Positions 18,778 to 28,499 of a stretch of 64,000 nucleotides of DNA are shown here, piece by piece. Numbering within the stretch: position 1 is the stretch's first letter; each line of letters starts with the position of its first letter. The notes under the pieces are model-generated. The model was not told the origin of the DNA. It saw only the letters and a list, made by a program, of their open reading frames with translations, and did not search any database. A program made the position numbers and the translations under genes. Location: contig OZ245842.1 of assembly GCA_965228895.1 (NCBI GenBank), forward strand, positions 3,648,001 through 3,712,000, given 5' to 3'. This DNA is from Alphaproteobacteria bacterium. Lineage in GTDB: Bacteria > Pseudomonadota > Alphaproteobacteria > SP197.

Positions 18778-19518
18778 TCAGGCGCCACTCTCCGCCGAAG
18801 CGATCGATTCCAACAGATCTGCCGTCGCCTCGGGCGCGATGACCATGGCGTCATGGCCGGTCTTGAGCTCATGGACCGGCCAGCCCCGCTCTTGGGCCCG
18901 CGCCAGCGCGCCTTGCGCGGGGCGATAGACCGGGTCGGTGCAGGTGATGTAATGCGCCGGCAGGCCGTTGCCGGCCGGATGACCCAGGTTGACCGGCGTC
19001 GTGAATGTGGCGAAGGGATGGGGTGTCAATCGTGGCTCCACAAACGCCACATCCTCCGGCTTCGTCACGCCCAGGCTGTCGATCGGGCCGACCGGCAGGC
19101 TGACGCCGCCGCTCGATGTCTCGGCCAGTTTGCGGCGGTCTTCGGCCATGTCTGGCGGCAACAGCGAAAACCAGGTTTCGCCGTCCTCCATGATGGCGGC
19201 GTCCAGATAGATCAGCATGCCAATCCGCTCGGGGACTCGATCGGCCGCACCGGTGACCGAACAACCGGCAAAACTGTGGGGGACCAGCACGACGTCCCGC
19301 AGGTCGTTCCAGACGAGATGGTTCACCACGTCGTCGATAAAGACATCCATGGTGACGTCACGCGACAGCAGGTGACTGCGCTCGCCAAGTCCCGTCTGGG
19401 TCGGCGTCGTGACGCGATGGCCGCGCGCGCGCAGGATGTCAGCCACCCGGCTCCAGCACCAGCCGCCGTGCCAAGCACCGTGCACGAGAACGAAGGTGCG
19501 TGGTCCGCTCGAAGCCAT
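18778..19518 (-). CDS. Alpha/beta hydrolase (methylesterase-like)
   Basis: LVHGAWHGGWCW, HSFAG, YLDA, TGHDAM. Confidence 0.9.
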   Translation of the reverse strand: MASSGPRTFVLVHGAWHGGWCWSRVADILRARGHRVTTPTQTGLGERSHLLSRDVTMDVFIDDVVNHLVWNDLRDVVLVPHSFAGCSVTGAADRVPERIGMLIYLDAAIMEDGETWFSLLPPDMAEDRRKLAETSSGGVSLPVGPIDSLGVTKPEDVAFVEPRLTPHPFATFTTPVNLGHPAGNGLPAHYITCTDPVYRPAQGALARAQERGWPVHELKTGHDAMVIAPEATADLLESIASAESGA

Positions 19519-19544
19519 TCTTGATCTCCCCTGCCTGTGCGCCG

Positions 19545-21635
19545 CTACACGCGCAAACCGGCCATGGCATTACGCAGGCCCGCCGTCGTCTCGATCAGCT
19601 TGCGCGCATAATAGTACTCCTCGACGACCAGGACGGCCTCACGCGCGGGCACCGAACCGTCCAGGGGCACCGACGTCTGCCACGTCTTGAGCAACTCGTC
19701 GACCTGCTGAATGTCGTGATCACCATCAATGTCGGCGCTTAGCTGGACGCGGACCTGTTCCGCCAACTTGTCTTCAAGGTCCCGGATCTGTTGCGGCAGC
19801 GTTAAACCCTGCAGCGTGCGGACTGTGCTGATATAGAGCGCCGCATAGCCGACGACTGCGTCGGCGTGTGCCTGCAGTTGATAACTGTCCAGGTTGTGAT
19901 GGCGCATGATGAACCGTTCGGAGTTGAGGCCGATCAATTCGCCCGTCAGCGTCTGACTGTCGCCGTTAAGCTGGGACAGACTTACCTTGACGACCTCATC
20001 GCCGGCCTTTGCCGAACCGATGGCGGCATCGGTGTCCGCGAGCAGCTTTGTGACGACCGGGCGCACATGATCCTTGGCGCGAATCGGAAACAACAGCCAC
20101 GAGGCGAGCAGCGCCAGGCCGGCGCCCATCGCGGTCTGATAGAGCCGGGCCTCCATGCCCGCGATACCGACACCCTCGATCAGGTGGAGCGCCAAGACGA
20201 CCATGAAACCGATCAGGGCGGCGGTCACCATGTAGTGCCGCTCGATCAGCACGAAGATCGGCAGCGCCGCCAAGCCGATAAGGACGATCTGAACGGCAAG
20301 GTTGTCGCCGATCAAGGGCTGTAGCCCGATCGCGAAAAGCACGCCGACGGCCGTCCCGACGGCGCGCTCGACGGTGCGCTTGATGGTGGCGCCCAGGCTG
20401 GCGCTTAAGACGATGAAGACCGTCATCGTCGCCCAGTACGCGTGATCCAGTTGGAAGATCAGTCCTATGGCGACGGTTATGCCGGCGGCGACTGCGCCCT
20501 GGATGGCGAGCCGCCAGCCCATCGCCGCACCATCCTTTCCCGGCGAGGACGCGCCGGCGGGCTTCTGGAACGCGTCCTGCCAGGGCTGGCCGAACGCCGC
20601 AGCGGTCGCGCGCATGTCCTCGGCCGTTGTGATCAAACGCGACAAACCAAGCACCTGCCGGATCCAATGGAAATTGTCGACGCGCGGCAAACCGGTGCCA
20701 CCGATCAGATCGTCGCGGGCCGCCCGTGCGTCCCTGGCAAAGGCCCCTGTGCGCTCCGGACCCGGACCCGACGGCGCGTTCAACAAATCGATCGCATCCG
20801 CGTACATCCGGTCGAAATCGCGCTGTTCGGTGCCGCCCGGCGGGTCGTCATGACTGTTGTCGACCGCTTCGGTGACAACCTTGAGCGCCATGAGGGATCG
20901 CAGAGCCGTCGAATTGATATGCTGCAGGCGTGGCCGCTCATGGGGGTTTTGGGCTAAGGCAAGCTCGCATGCCCGCGACAGCATGTCCCATGCCCGCTTC
21001 GCCCAATGGGGCGGCAGATCGCTGTCCGACGACCGGCATGCGCTCACCTCCGCGGCGACGGCGCGTTGGAAGCGCACGATCTCGCGCTTGAGCGCCGCGA
21101 GCGCGGACGGCCGCCACAGGGTGCGTTGAACCAGCAAGCCGACCACGCCGGCCACCAGCGCCGACAGCACCAGCCATAGCGCCACCTCGCGCGTCGGGTT
21201 GGCCAGCGTCACGAACATGAACATCAACGTGACCATCAGGCCATACTGCGTCGCGACCGCGCCATAGCGGCGCAGGTAGAGACCGAACGCTATGACCAGC
21301 ACCCATGCGCCATCGATCGGCGCCTCACCGAAACCGATCTCGCGCCAGCCGACGACAACACCCAAACCGAACACGGCCAACGCGACACCCACGTTCTTGG
21401 CGAAGGCGATGGCCTCCGACTGCCGTGTACCAGGCGGTGTGAAAATGAACGCGTTAAGGGCGACAGCGCCGCCCAGCAACGCGAACAACAGGTTCTCCGG
21501 CGCCCGCAACCATTCGCCTACGAAATAGCAGACGCCGCCCGCGACCGCGGACACCACGAAAAAGTGGACACCGCGCACCAGCCGTATGCCGCCCGGATCG
21601 AGCGCTCGCAGCGACTCAACCCAACGGTAACTCAA
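19545..21635 (-). CDS. FUSC family membrane protein
   Basis: Two TM blocks; HAYWATMT, ERAVGTAVG, ARLYQTAMG; TTG start. Confidence 0.88.
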   Translation of the reverse strand: MSYRWVESLRALDPGGIRLVRGVHFFVVSAVAGGVCYFVGEWLRAPENLLFALLGGAVALNAFIFTPPGTRQSEAIAFAKNVGVALAVFGLGVVVGWREIGFGEAPIDGAWVLVIAFGLYLRRYGAVATQYGLMVTLMFMFVTLANPTREVALWLVLSALVAGVVGLLVQRTLWRPSALAALKREIVRFQRAVAAEVSACRSSDSDLPPHWAKRAWDMLSRACELALAQNPHERPRLQHINSTALRSLMALKVVTEAVDNSHDDPPGGTEQRDFDRMYADAIDLLNAPSGPGPERTGAFARDARAARDDLIGGTGLPRVDNFHWIRQVLGLSRLITTAEDMRATAAAFGQPWQDAFQKPAGASSPGKDGAAMGWRLAIQGAVAAGITVAIGLIFQLDHAYWATMTVFIVLSASLGATIKRTVERAVGTAVGVLFAIGLQPLIGDNLAVQIVLIGLAALPIFVLIERHYMVTAALIGFMVVLALHLIEGVGIAGMEARLYQTAMGAGLALLASWLLFPIRAKDHVRPVVTKLLADTDAAIGSAKAGDEVVKVSLSQLNGDSQTLTGELIGLNSERFIMRHHNLDSYQLQAHADAVVGYAALYISTVRTLQGLTLPQQIRDLEDKLAEQVRVQLSADIDGDHDIQQVDELLKTWQTSVPLDGSVPAREAVLVVEEYYYARKLIETTAGLRNAMAGLRV

Positions 21636-21793
21636 GATTTGTTCGGCTCGGTCTTGTCCGGGTCCGGTTCGGGTTCATCCGGCGATGCAAGCCGCGCGCT
21701 TTTCTTTCGCCTTTCCGGTTGCTCTGCGGCCAAAAAGTCGGGATCCAGCTCGTGCAGGAAACACGGTGGTGATGCGTATTGGTCACCGGTCAT
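21632..21793 (-). CDS. 53-aa small protein with SPPCFLHELDP motif (absent from the ORF track)
   Basis: Manual translation MTGDQYASPPCFLHELDPDFLAAEQPERRKKSARLASPDEPEPDPDKTEPNKS; its TGA overlaps the FUSC TTG start (TTGA). Confidence 0.6.
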   Translation of the reverse strand: MTGDQYASPPCFLHELDPDFLAAEQPERRKKSARLASPDEPEPDPDKTEPNKS

Positions 21794-21851
21794 GGTCACA
21801 GTCCGCCGTAAACGTCAGTGAGCCGATACCCGACAGCGTCCCATTATGACG

Positions 21852-24272
21852 CTACGACCGCAACACCTCGTTCGCCGGATCGAACGCCGGTTCGGCCAAC
21901 ACCGTCGCGGTACATTTCTTACCCAGAAGATCGACCTCGAAGGTCGAACCGGGTTCGGCGAACGACGGTTCGACATAGGCAAAGAACAGGCTCTTTTCGA
22001 CGCTGTGGCCATAGCCGCCCGATGTCGTGACACCGATGGCGCGATCGCCATCGAGCACCGGCTCGCCGCCGAAGACGTCGGTATCGCCGGCGTCGATTTC
22101 GCCATAGCACAGACGGGTCACCGGCTCGGCCTGGAGCACCCGCTCGACCGAGGCCTTGCCGTTGAACTCCTTGTCCAGTTTGACGAAGCGCATGATGTCG
22201 GCTTCGACCGGCGTGATCTCGTTGGTCAGTTCCGCACCGACACCCTTGTACGCCTTTTCCATGCGCAGGCTGTTCAGCGTATAGGTGCCGAAATCGGCGA
22301 TGCCGTGCGCCCGCCCCGCCTTCCAGATGGCGTCGTAGATCTGGGGCAGCTTTTCCATGGGCGCGTGCAGTTCCCAGCCGAGCGAACCCACATAGTTGAC
22401 GCGCAAGGCCGCCAGCTCGACGCCGGCCACCTCGATCACCTGGGCGGTCAGCCAGCGGAAAGCGTCGTTCGACAGGTCGGCGTCAGTCAGGTCGGCGAGC
22501 ACATCACGACTCTTCGGCCCGGCCACCACCAGAATGCCGATGTCGTCGGACGTGTTGCCGACCTGAACGTCCAGGTCCTCGTCGAGCGCCTCGTTGAAAG
22601 CGTCGCCATCGCGGATCTCCCATGCCGCGCCGGAGCACACGTGGAACCAGCCCTCGTCCAGCTTGGTGATGGTCGATTCGCCCTGGATACGGCCGTTCTC
22701 GCCCAGGCGATGGCACAGGCCGATGCGCCCGACCTTGCTCGGCACCTTGTTGGCGAAGAGCTGGTTGAGCCAGGTTTCCGCATCGGCGCCACGCACGTCG
22801 AACTTGGCGAAGCTGGAGAGATCGAGGACGCCGACGCGTTCGCGCACCGCGCGGCATTCCTCCGCGATAACCTCGAAGGTGTTGTTGTGACGAAAGCCCG
22901 TCTCTTCCTCGCGGCCGTCCAGGGAGAACCACTTCGGCCGTTCCCAGCCGAACGCTTCCGTATAAACCGCGCCTTTCTTCAGTAGCTTGTTATATAGCGA
23001 CGACGCGCGTGCCGGGCGTCCCGCCGGGCGTTCGTCCCCCGGCAGATGCTGGACATACATATGCGCGTAGTCCTGGAACGACTTGGCGCGCGTATAGTCG
23101 TTGTCGGCATAGCCGCCGAAGCGGCGCGGATCGACGGTCGCCATGTTGATGTCGGAATCGCCGTGCACCATCCACTGGGCCAGGTACTTGCCCGAACCGG
23201 CGCCCTGGGCGATGCCAATGGAGGATCCGCAACACATCCAGGCGTTCGTCACACCCGGCGCCGGACCCAACATCGGATTGCCGTCCGGCGAATGGGGAAT
23301 CGCGCCGTTGACGATGCGTTTTATGCCCGCGTTGCCGAAGATCGGCACGCGCTGGAACACCTTCTCGATGTAGGGCAAGACGCGGTCGATCGCGTCAGTG
23401 AAGAGTTCGTTCTCCGAATCCCAGGCCGGAGAGCCGCCACGCTCCGCCCAGGCTTCCGTCGACTCCTGTTCGTAGATGCCGATCAGGCCGGACTTCTGCT
23501 CTTGACGATAATAGCTGCTGGCCCACGGATCACGCACGACCTGCATTTCTTCCTCGCGCTCCATGAAGTCGGGCAGCGCCTCGGTGACGATGTAGTGATG
23601 TTCCATGTTGGTGATCGGCGACGCCGATCCCATCATCGCGGAGACTTCGCGCGCATAACAACCAGCGGCGTTGACGACGTGTTCGCAGATGACGTCGCCC
23701 TGCTCGGTAATCACCCGCCATTCGCCGGACGGCTGCTGTTCGAGGTCGAGCACGCGGTTACGGCGCACAATCGTCACGCCTTTCTGGCGCGCGCTGGTGG
23801 CGAACGCGTTGCAGCAACCGGCGGGATCGACATGGCCGTCATCGGTCGTCCACGCGACGGCCAAGACGCCGTCGGTGTTCAGGAACGGGTTCAGCTCCTT
23901 GGCGCGCTCCGCGCTGATAATCTCCATGAAGAAGCCGACATTGGGCGCGAAGCTCGCGACCTGATGAAAGAAGTCGACCTCGGCCTGGGTGACCGCCAAA
24001 CGCAGGCCGCCCGCCTTGTGCCAACCGGTGTATTGGCCGGTCTCCTTCTCCAGCGTCGGGTAGAGCGTGTTGGAGTAGTGGTGGATCTTGGCCATGTTGT
24101 AATCGCCGTTGAAGCTGGGGCAGAGCCCCGCGGCGTGCCAGGTCGAGCCGGAGGTCAACTCGGCCTTTTCGATCAGCATCACGTCGGTCCAGCCTTCTTC
24201 GGCCAGGTGGTAGGCAAGGCCCACCCCCATCATGCCGCCGCCGATAATCACCACCTTGGCTTGATCACGCAT
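21852..24272 (-). CDS. Dimethylglycine dehydrogenase-like FAD oxidoreductase with GcvT domain
   Basis: GGGMMG, LTSGSTWHAAG, GWERPKWF, DLSSFAKF, YVGSLGWELH, SLRMEK; 806 aa. Confidence 0.92.
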   Translation of the reverse strand: MRDQAKVVIIGGGMMGVGLAYHLAEEGWTDVMLIEKAELTSGSTWHAAGLCPSFNGDYNMAKIHHYSNTLYPTLEKETGQYTGWHKAGGLRLAVTQAEVDFFHQVASFAPNVGFFMEIISAERAKELNPFLNTDGVLAVAWTTDDGHVDPAGCCNAFATSARQKGVTIVRRNRVLDLEQQPSGEWRVITEQGDVICEHVVNAAGCYAREVSAMMGSASPITNMEHHYIVTEALPDFMEREEEMQVVRDPWASSYYRQEQKSGLIGIYEQESTEAWAERGGSPAWDSENELFTDAIDRVLPYIEKVFQRVPIFGNAGIKRIVNGAIPHSPDGNPMLGPAPGVTNAWMCCGSSIGIAQGAGSGKYLAQWMVHGDSDINMATVDPRRFGGYADNDYTRAKSFQDYAHMYVQHLPGDERPAGRPARASSLYNKLLKKGAVYTEAFGWERPKWFSLDGREEETGFRHNNTFEVIAEECRAVRERVGVLDLSSFAKFDVRGADAETWLNQLFANKVPSKVGRIGLCHRLGENGRIQGESTITKLDEGWFHVCSGAAWEIRDGDAFNEALDEDLDVQVGNTSDDIGILVVAGPKSRDVLADLTDADLSNDAFRWLTAQVIEVAGVELAALRVNYVGSLGWELHAPMEKLPQIYDAIWKAGRAHGIADFGTYTLNSLRMEKAYKGVGAELTNEITPVEADIMRFVKLDKEFNGKASVERVLQAEPVTRLCYGEIDAGDTDVFGGEPVLDGDRAIGVTTSGGYGHSVEKSLFFAYVEPSFAEPGSTFEVDLLGKKCTATVLAEPAFDPANEVLRS

Positions 24273-24478
24273 GGTCGTACTCCTGAAGGGCGCCCGAAGG
24301 ATCGATTTCCCGGCGCTTGTCGATCACGTTTCTAGCGGTTTTCGATTGCGCGAGGCAATCGGGAACCACATGAGAAAGCTGTCTAAATGCACGGGCCCCA
24401 GGGTGAATACGGCACCCTCATTCGCCGGATTGGATTGGACCAGACGAAGTGCGTCGTCTGGTTCCATCGATTCGAGCG

Positions 24479-26164
24479 TCATGCCGAACCGTCTGGCGAC
24501 CAACCGAACAGGCGCTCTGCGTCCTCCTCGGTGTAGTAACCTTGGGCAACGTCGCGGGCGATACGTTGGGGATCGCGTTGGTCTGGGTCGCCATAACCGC
24601 CGCCGCCCGGTGTCGAGACCCGCACCGATTCACCGGCCTTCAAACGAATCCCCTGATCCTTGCTCAAGTGTGGCGGGATGTAGTCACCGTCATCGCGTTC
24701 GACCACCACTCGGTTGACGCCGCCGGGCTCGCCGCCCAGGGCGCCATTGGGTCCGACGCGGCCGTGATCCATCACCATGCTGGCCCGCGCCTCGCCGCGT
24801 CTCAGCCGGACCCGATAATTGACGCCGAAACCGCCGCGCCATTCGCCCGCGCCGCCGGAGCCCTCATGCAAGGAATACTCCTCGAACAACACGGGATAAC
24901 GCTGCTCCATCACCTCGACCGGCGTCGTCTTCGAGATGCCGATGGTCGAGCAACCGTTGGTCAAGCCGTCGCTGCCTTTGAAGCCGCCATAGCCGCCGCC
25001 GGAGATGACGTACATGACGTAGGCGCGTCCGACCTCCGGGTCGTAACCGCCCAACGCGAAGTTGCCGGAGCTGCCCGCCGGCGCGGCGAACAAGTCATCG
25101 GGGATCGCCTGCGCCAGCGCGTCGAACACCGCCTCGGCAATGCGCTGGCTGACCTCCGCTGCACAACCGGAAACCGGACGCGGATACCGCGCATACAAAA
25201 AGGTCCCATCGGGATCGGTGATCTCCAGCGGCTCAAAGGTGCCGGCGTTGATCGGCACCTCCGGGAAGATGTGCTTGATGGCCAGATAGATCGACGACTT
25301 GGTTGTCGCGATGACGCTGTTCATCGGCCCCTGGCACGGCGGGCTCGACCCCGCCATGTCGAAGTGCAGGGTGTCGCCCGTCTTCGTCACCGCCATCTTG
25401 ATAGTCAGCGGTTCGTCGACCACGCCATCGGAATCGACGATCGATGTGCCGTGATAGGTGCCTTCGGGAATGGTGCGGATCTTCGCGCGCATCTGCTCGG
25501 CGGCGCGCGACCGCAGTTCGACGATGGAGTCGCCGACAACATCGGCACCGTAGCGGTCGAGCAGTTCGGTCAGCCGTCGCTCGCCCACCACCAATGCCGC
25601 GGCCTGCGCCTTGATGTCGCCGATACGCTGATCGGCGATGCGGATGTTGGAAAGGATGATCGACAGGATCTCCTCATCCAATTCGCCTTCCTTGTAGAGC
25701 TTGACCGGCGGCAGGCGCAGGCCTTCCTGCTCGACCTCCGTGGCGTTGGCAGAAAACCCGCCGGGCACCGCGCCGCCCGTGTCTGGCCAATGGCCGGTAT
25801 TGGCCAGCCAGCACCACAGCTCACCCCGATAGAAGAACGGCCGGACGAAACGCACGTCCATCAGGTGCGTGCCGCCCAGATAGGGATCGTTGACGATAAA
25901 GACGTCGCCCTGTTTGACGTCCTTGGCGCGCGCGATGACGGCCTGGGTCGAGAACTGCATGGTGCCGACAAAGACCGGCAGACCCAGATCGCCCTGGGCG
26001 ATCAGATCGCCGGTATCGCGCGCGTAGATGCCGTCGGACCGGTCAAGCGCCTCGGAGATGACCGGACTGAAGGCCGAACGCACAAAGGCCAGGTCCATCT
26101 CGTTACAGACCTGGATCAGACCGCTCTGCACCACCGCGAGCGTGACGGGATCGGGCGTTGTCAT
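24479..26164 (-). CDS. Hydantoinase B/5-oxoprolinase family subunit
   Basis: NDPYLGGTHLMD, HWPDTGGAVPGG, QEGLRLPPVK, TPGGGGYG. Confidence 0.93.
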   Translation of the reverse strand: MTTPDPVTLAVVQSGLIQVCNEMDLAFVRSAFSPVISEALDRSDGIYARDTGDLIAQGDLGLPVFVGTMQFSTQAVIARAKDVKQGDVFIVNDPYLGGTHLMDVRFVRPFFYRGELWCWLANTGHWPDTGGAVPGGFSANATEVEQEGLRLPPVKLYKEGELDEEILSIILSNIRIADQRIGDIKAQAAALVVGERRLTELLDRYGADVVGDSIVELRSRAAEQMRAKIRTIPEGTYHGTSIVDSDGVVDEPLTIKMAVTKTGDTLHFDMAGSSPPCQGPMNSVIATTKSSIYLAIKHIFPEVPINAGTFEPLEITDPDGTFLYARYPRPVSGCAAEVSQRIAEAVFDALAQAIPDDLFAAPAGSSGNFALGGYDPEVGRAYVMYVISGGGYGGFKGSDGLTNGCSTIGISKTTPVEVMEQRYPVLFEEYSLHEGSGGAGEWRGGFGVNYRVRLRRGEARASMVMDHGRVGPNGALGGEPGGVNRVVVERDDGDYIPPHLSKDQGIRLKAGESVRVSTPGGGGYGDPDQRDPQRIARDVAQGYYTEEDAERLFGWSPDGSA

Positions 26165-28197
26165 ACCCCCACCTCAATCGCGAGATTGCCCATGGCGTCG
26201 ACACTGACCTCGGCGCCGGGGTCAATCACCGTTGTGCAGTCGAGCTGCTCGACAATGGCAGGTCCGGCGAACCGCGCGTCGCGCGGCAGGTGTTTACGGC
26301 GATAAACGGGTGTTGCTGCCCAGCCGCCGGGAAACCAGACATCACGTGTTCCCGTTTGCGCCTCGGCAAGCTTCGCTGCCTGTTCGGTCCCGGCGAGCGC
26401 TTCCAGATCGATTTCGGGCCGCCGGCCGATCGCCGCCGTACGCAGGTTGACCAGCACCGGCCGGATCTCCGGCAAGTCGACGGCGAAACGATCCCAATAG
26501 GCCGTGGCGAACTTCTCGGCCAGTTCTTCTGTTGTGACCTCCGGTCCGGATAGCTCAATCGACAACAGGTGCGTCTGTCCTTCGAACTGCATGTCCGCGA
26601 CATGCAGAAAGTCGACGCCGGTCACCTGTACGCCGTCATGCTCGATCATCGCCGCGCCGTCTTTGCGATGGGTGTCCAGAATGGCGCGCGCCTCCGCGAT
26701 ATCCAACGCCGCCAGCGGCGTGTTCAACGTGTTGGCGAAGTCATGACGTAGATCGGCGGTGATGCAACCCAACGCGTTGGTGATGCCGGGCCGAGTGGGA
26801 ATCAGCACGCGCGGAATGGCAAGCTCGCGCGCCAACGCCACCGCGTGCATCGGTCCGGCACCACCGAAGGCGAACAACGTGAAGTCGCGGGGGTCGTGCC
26901 CGCGCGCCAACGACACCATGCGGATCGCGCCGGCCATCAGATGGTTGGCGATCTGCACGATGGCGGCTGCTGCACCGTCCGCATCAAGGTCAAGCGGTCG
27001 ACCGATTGCCTCCAGGATCGCGGCCTTCACGTCGTCAACCGTCACCGGATTGTCGACGGCGAGCAATCCGTCGGGGTCCAAGCGGCCGAGCGCCAGGTTG
27101 GCGTCGGTGATGGTCGGATCCGTCCCACCCCGGCCGTAAGCAATGGGACCCGGCGCGGCGCCGGCGCTTTGCGGACCGACCTGCAACAGGCCGGCCGCGT
27201 CGATATGGGCGATCGAACCGCCGCCCGCGCCGATCGCGTTCACATCGACCATCGGGATATGCACCGGCATGGCATAGGTCAGTTCGATCTCGGCAGAGAC
27301 CTGGGGCACGCCGTCCATGACCAGGCCGACATCGGAGCTGGTGCCGCCCATGTCGTAGGTGATCACCCGGTCGAGCCCGGTGCTGCGTGCCACGGCGGCC
27401 GCCGCCATGACGCCGCTGGCCGGTCCCGACATCACCGTGTTGACCGCAGCACCGGATACGGCGCGCGCGGCCACACTGCCGCCGTTGCCCTGCATGACCA
27501 GCAGGTCGCGCCCGAAGCCGCGGGTGTTGAGCTCGTCCTGCAGGCGCTGCATATAGCGGTCGAGCACCGGCTGGACCGACGCGTTGACCGCCGCCGTCGT
27601 GCCGCGTTCGTACTCCCTGTACTCCGACAAGATGGCATGGCCGGCGGTGATGTAGCCGTTCGGCCAGACCTCAGCCGCGATCTCGGCGGCGCGCCGTTCG
27701 TGGGCGGGATTGCGGTAGCTGTGCAGGAAGTGAATGACCAGCGCCTCGCAGCCTTTGGCGACAAGCTCTTGCGCAGCGACCCTTACGGCATTCTCGTCGA
27801 GGGGCGTTAGCACCATGCCGTCCGCATCCATGCGCTCGGGCACCTCGAGCCGCAGGTCGCGCGGGATCAGGGGTTCGAAGCTGCCCTTCAGGCCATAGGG
27901 TTTGGGTCGCGTACGTCGGCCCAGTTCCAAGACATCGCGAAAACCCTGGGTCGTGATCAGGCCGACCCGCGCGATCTTGCGCTCCAGCAGCGCGTTGGTC
28001 GTCGTCGTGGTGCCGTGGCTGATATTCGCGAGTTTGGCGAGCGGGACATCGGCTGCTTCCAGTGCGGCCAGCACGCCGAAGGCCTGGTTGTCGACGGTGG
28101 TCGGCTGCTTGGCGACCCGAACGGCGCCGCTCGCCTGATCCAGCAGGATCAAGTCCGTAAACGTGCCGCCAACATCGATACCGGCCACCAGGTCCAT
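26161..28197 (-). CDS. Hydantoinase A/5-oxoprolinase family ATP-binding subunit
   Basis: DVGGTFTD, HGTT, SGPASG, DMGGTS, IGAGGGS, FGGAG. Confidence 0.93.
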   Translation of the reverse strand: MDLVAGIDVGGTFTDLILLDQASGAVRVAKQPTTVDNQAFGVLAALEAADVPLAKLANISHGTTTTTNALLERKIARVGLITTQGFRDVLELGRRTRPKPYGLKGSFEPLIPRDLRLEVPERMDADGMVLTPLDENAVRVAAQELVAKGCEALVIHFLHSYRNPAHERRAAEIAAEVWPNGYITAGHAILSEYREYERGTTAAVNASVQPVLDRYMQRLQDELNTRGFGRDLLVMQGNGGSVAARAVSGAAVNTVMSGPASGVMAAAAVARSTGLDRVITYDMGGTSSDVGLVMDGVPQVSAEIELTYAMPVHIPMVDVNAIGAGGGSIAHIDAAGLLQVGPQSAGAAPGPIAYGRGGTDPTITDANLALGRLDPDGLLAVDNPVTVDDVKAAILEAIGRPLDLDADGAAAAIVQIANHLMAGAIRMVSLARGHDPRDFTLFAFGGAGPMHAVALARELAIPRVLIPTRPGITNALGCITADLRHDFANTLNTPLAALDIAEARAILDTHRKDGAAMIEHDGVQVTGVDFLHVADMQFEGQTHLLSIELSGPEVTTEELAEKFATAYWDRFAVDLPEIRPVLVNLRTAAIGRRPEIDLEALAGTEQAAKLAEAQTGTRDVWFPGGWAATPVYRRKHLPRDARFAGPAIVEQLDCTTVIDPGAEVSVDAMGNLAIEVGV

Positions 28198-28294
28198 GGC
28201 GCCCCTTTCCAAGGCAAAAAGAGAGGCGCCATGCCGGCGCCACAGGCCCTACGCTACAGCGCCCGCCGCACCGCGCAAAGCCCGGGCCTAGTCA

Positions 28295-28417
28295 CCCCTC
28301 ACCCCGGCCCACTCCCTCAAGGCGAGAGGGAGCTCGTCTTTGTTTCCCTCTCCCCTTGAGGGAGAGGGTTGTGCAGGCTTGGGCGCGGCAGCGCCTTAGC
28401 CGGAGCTGGGTGAGGGG
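28295..28417. repeat. CIR/REP-like palindromic repeat, family B copy 1
   Basis: CCCCTCACCC...CCCTCTCCCCTTGAGGGAGAGGG...GGGTGAGGGG. Confidence 0.8.
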
Positions 28418-28499
28418 AAAATGGCCCAGCACTGGCGTAAAGCGGCCCGCACGGCTAGGTTCCGGCAAGAACGAACACGCGACGTCGGGGGGAAAGGCC

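Noticed and set aside
19262-19290. PHSFAG instead of GHSxGG in the alpha/beta hydrolase
   Set aside because: The nucleophile Ser and the catalytic His motif are intact; probably ordinary variation.
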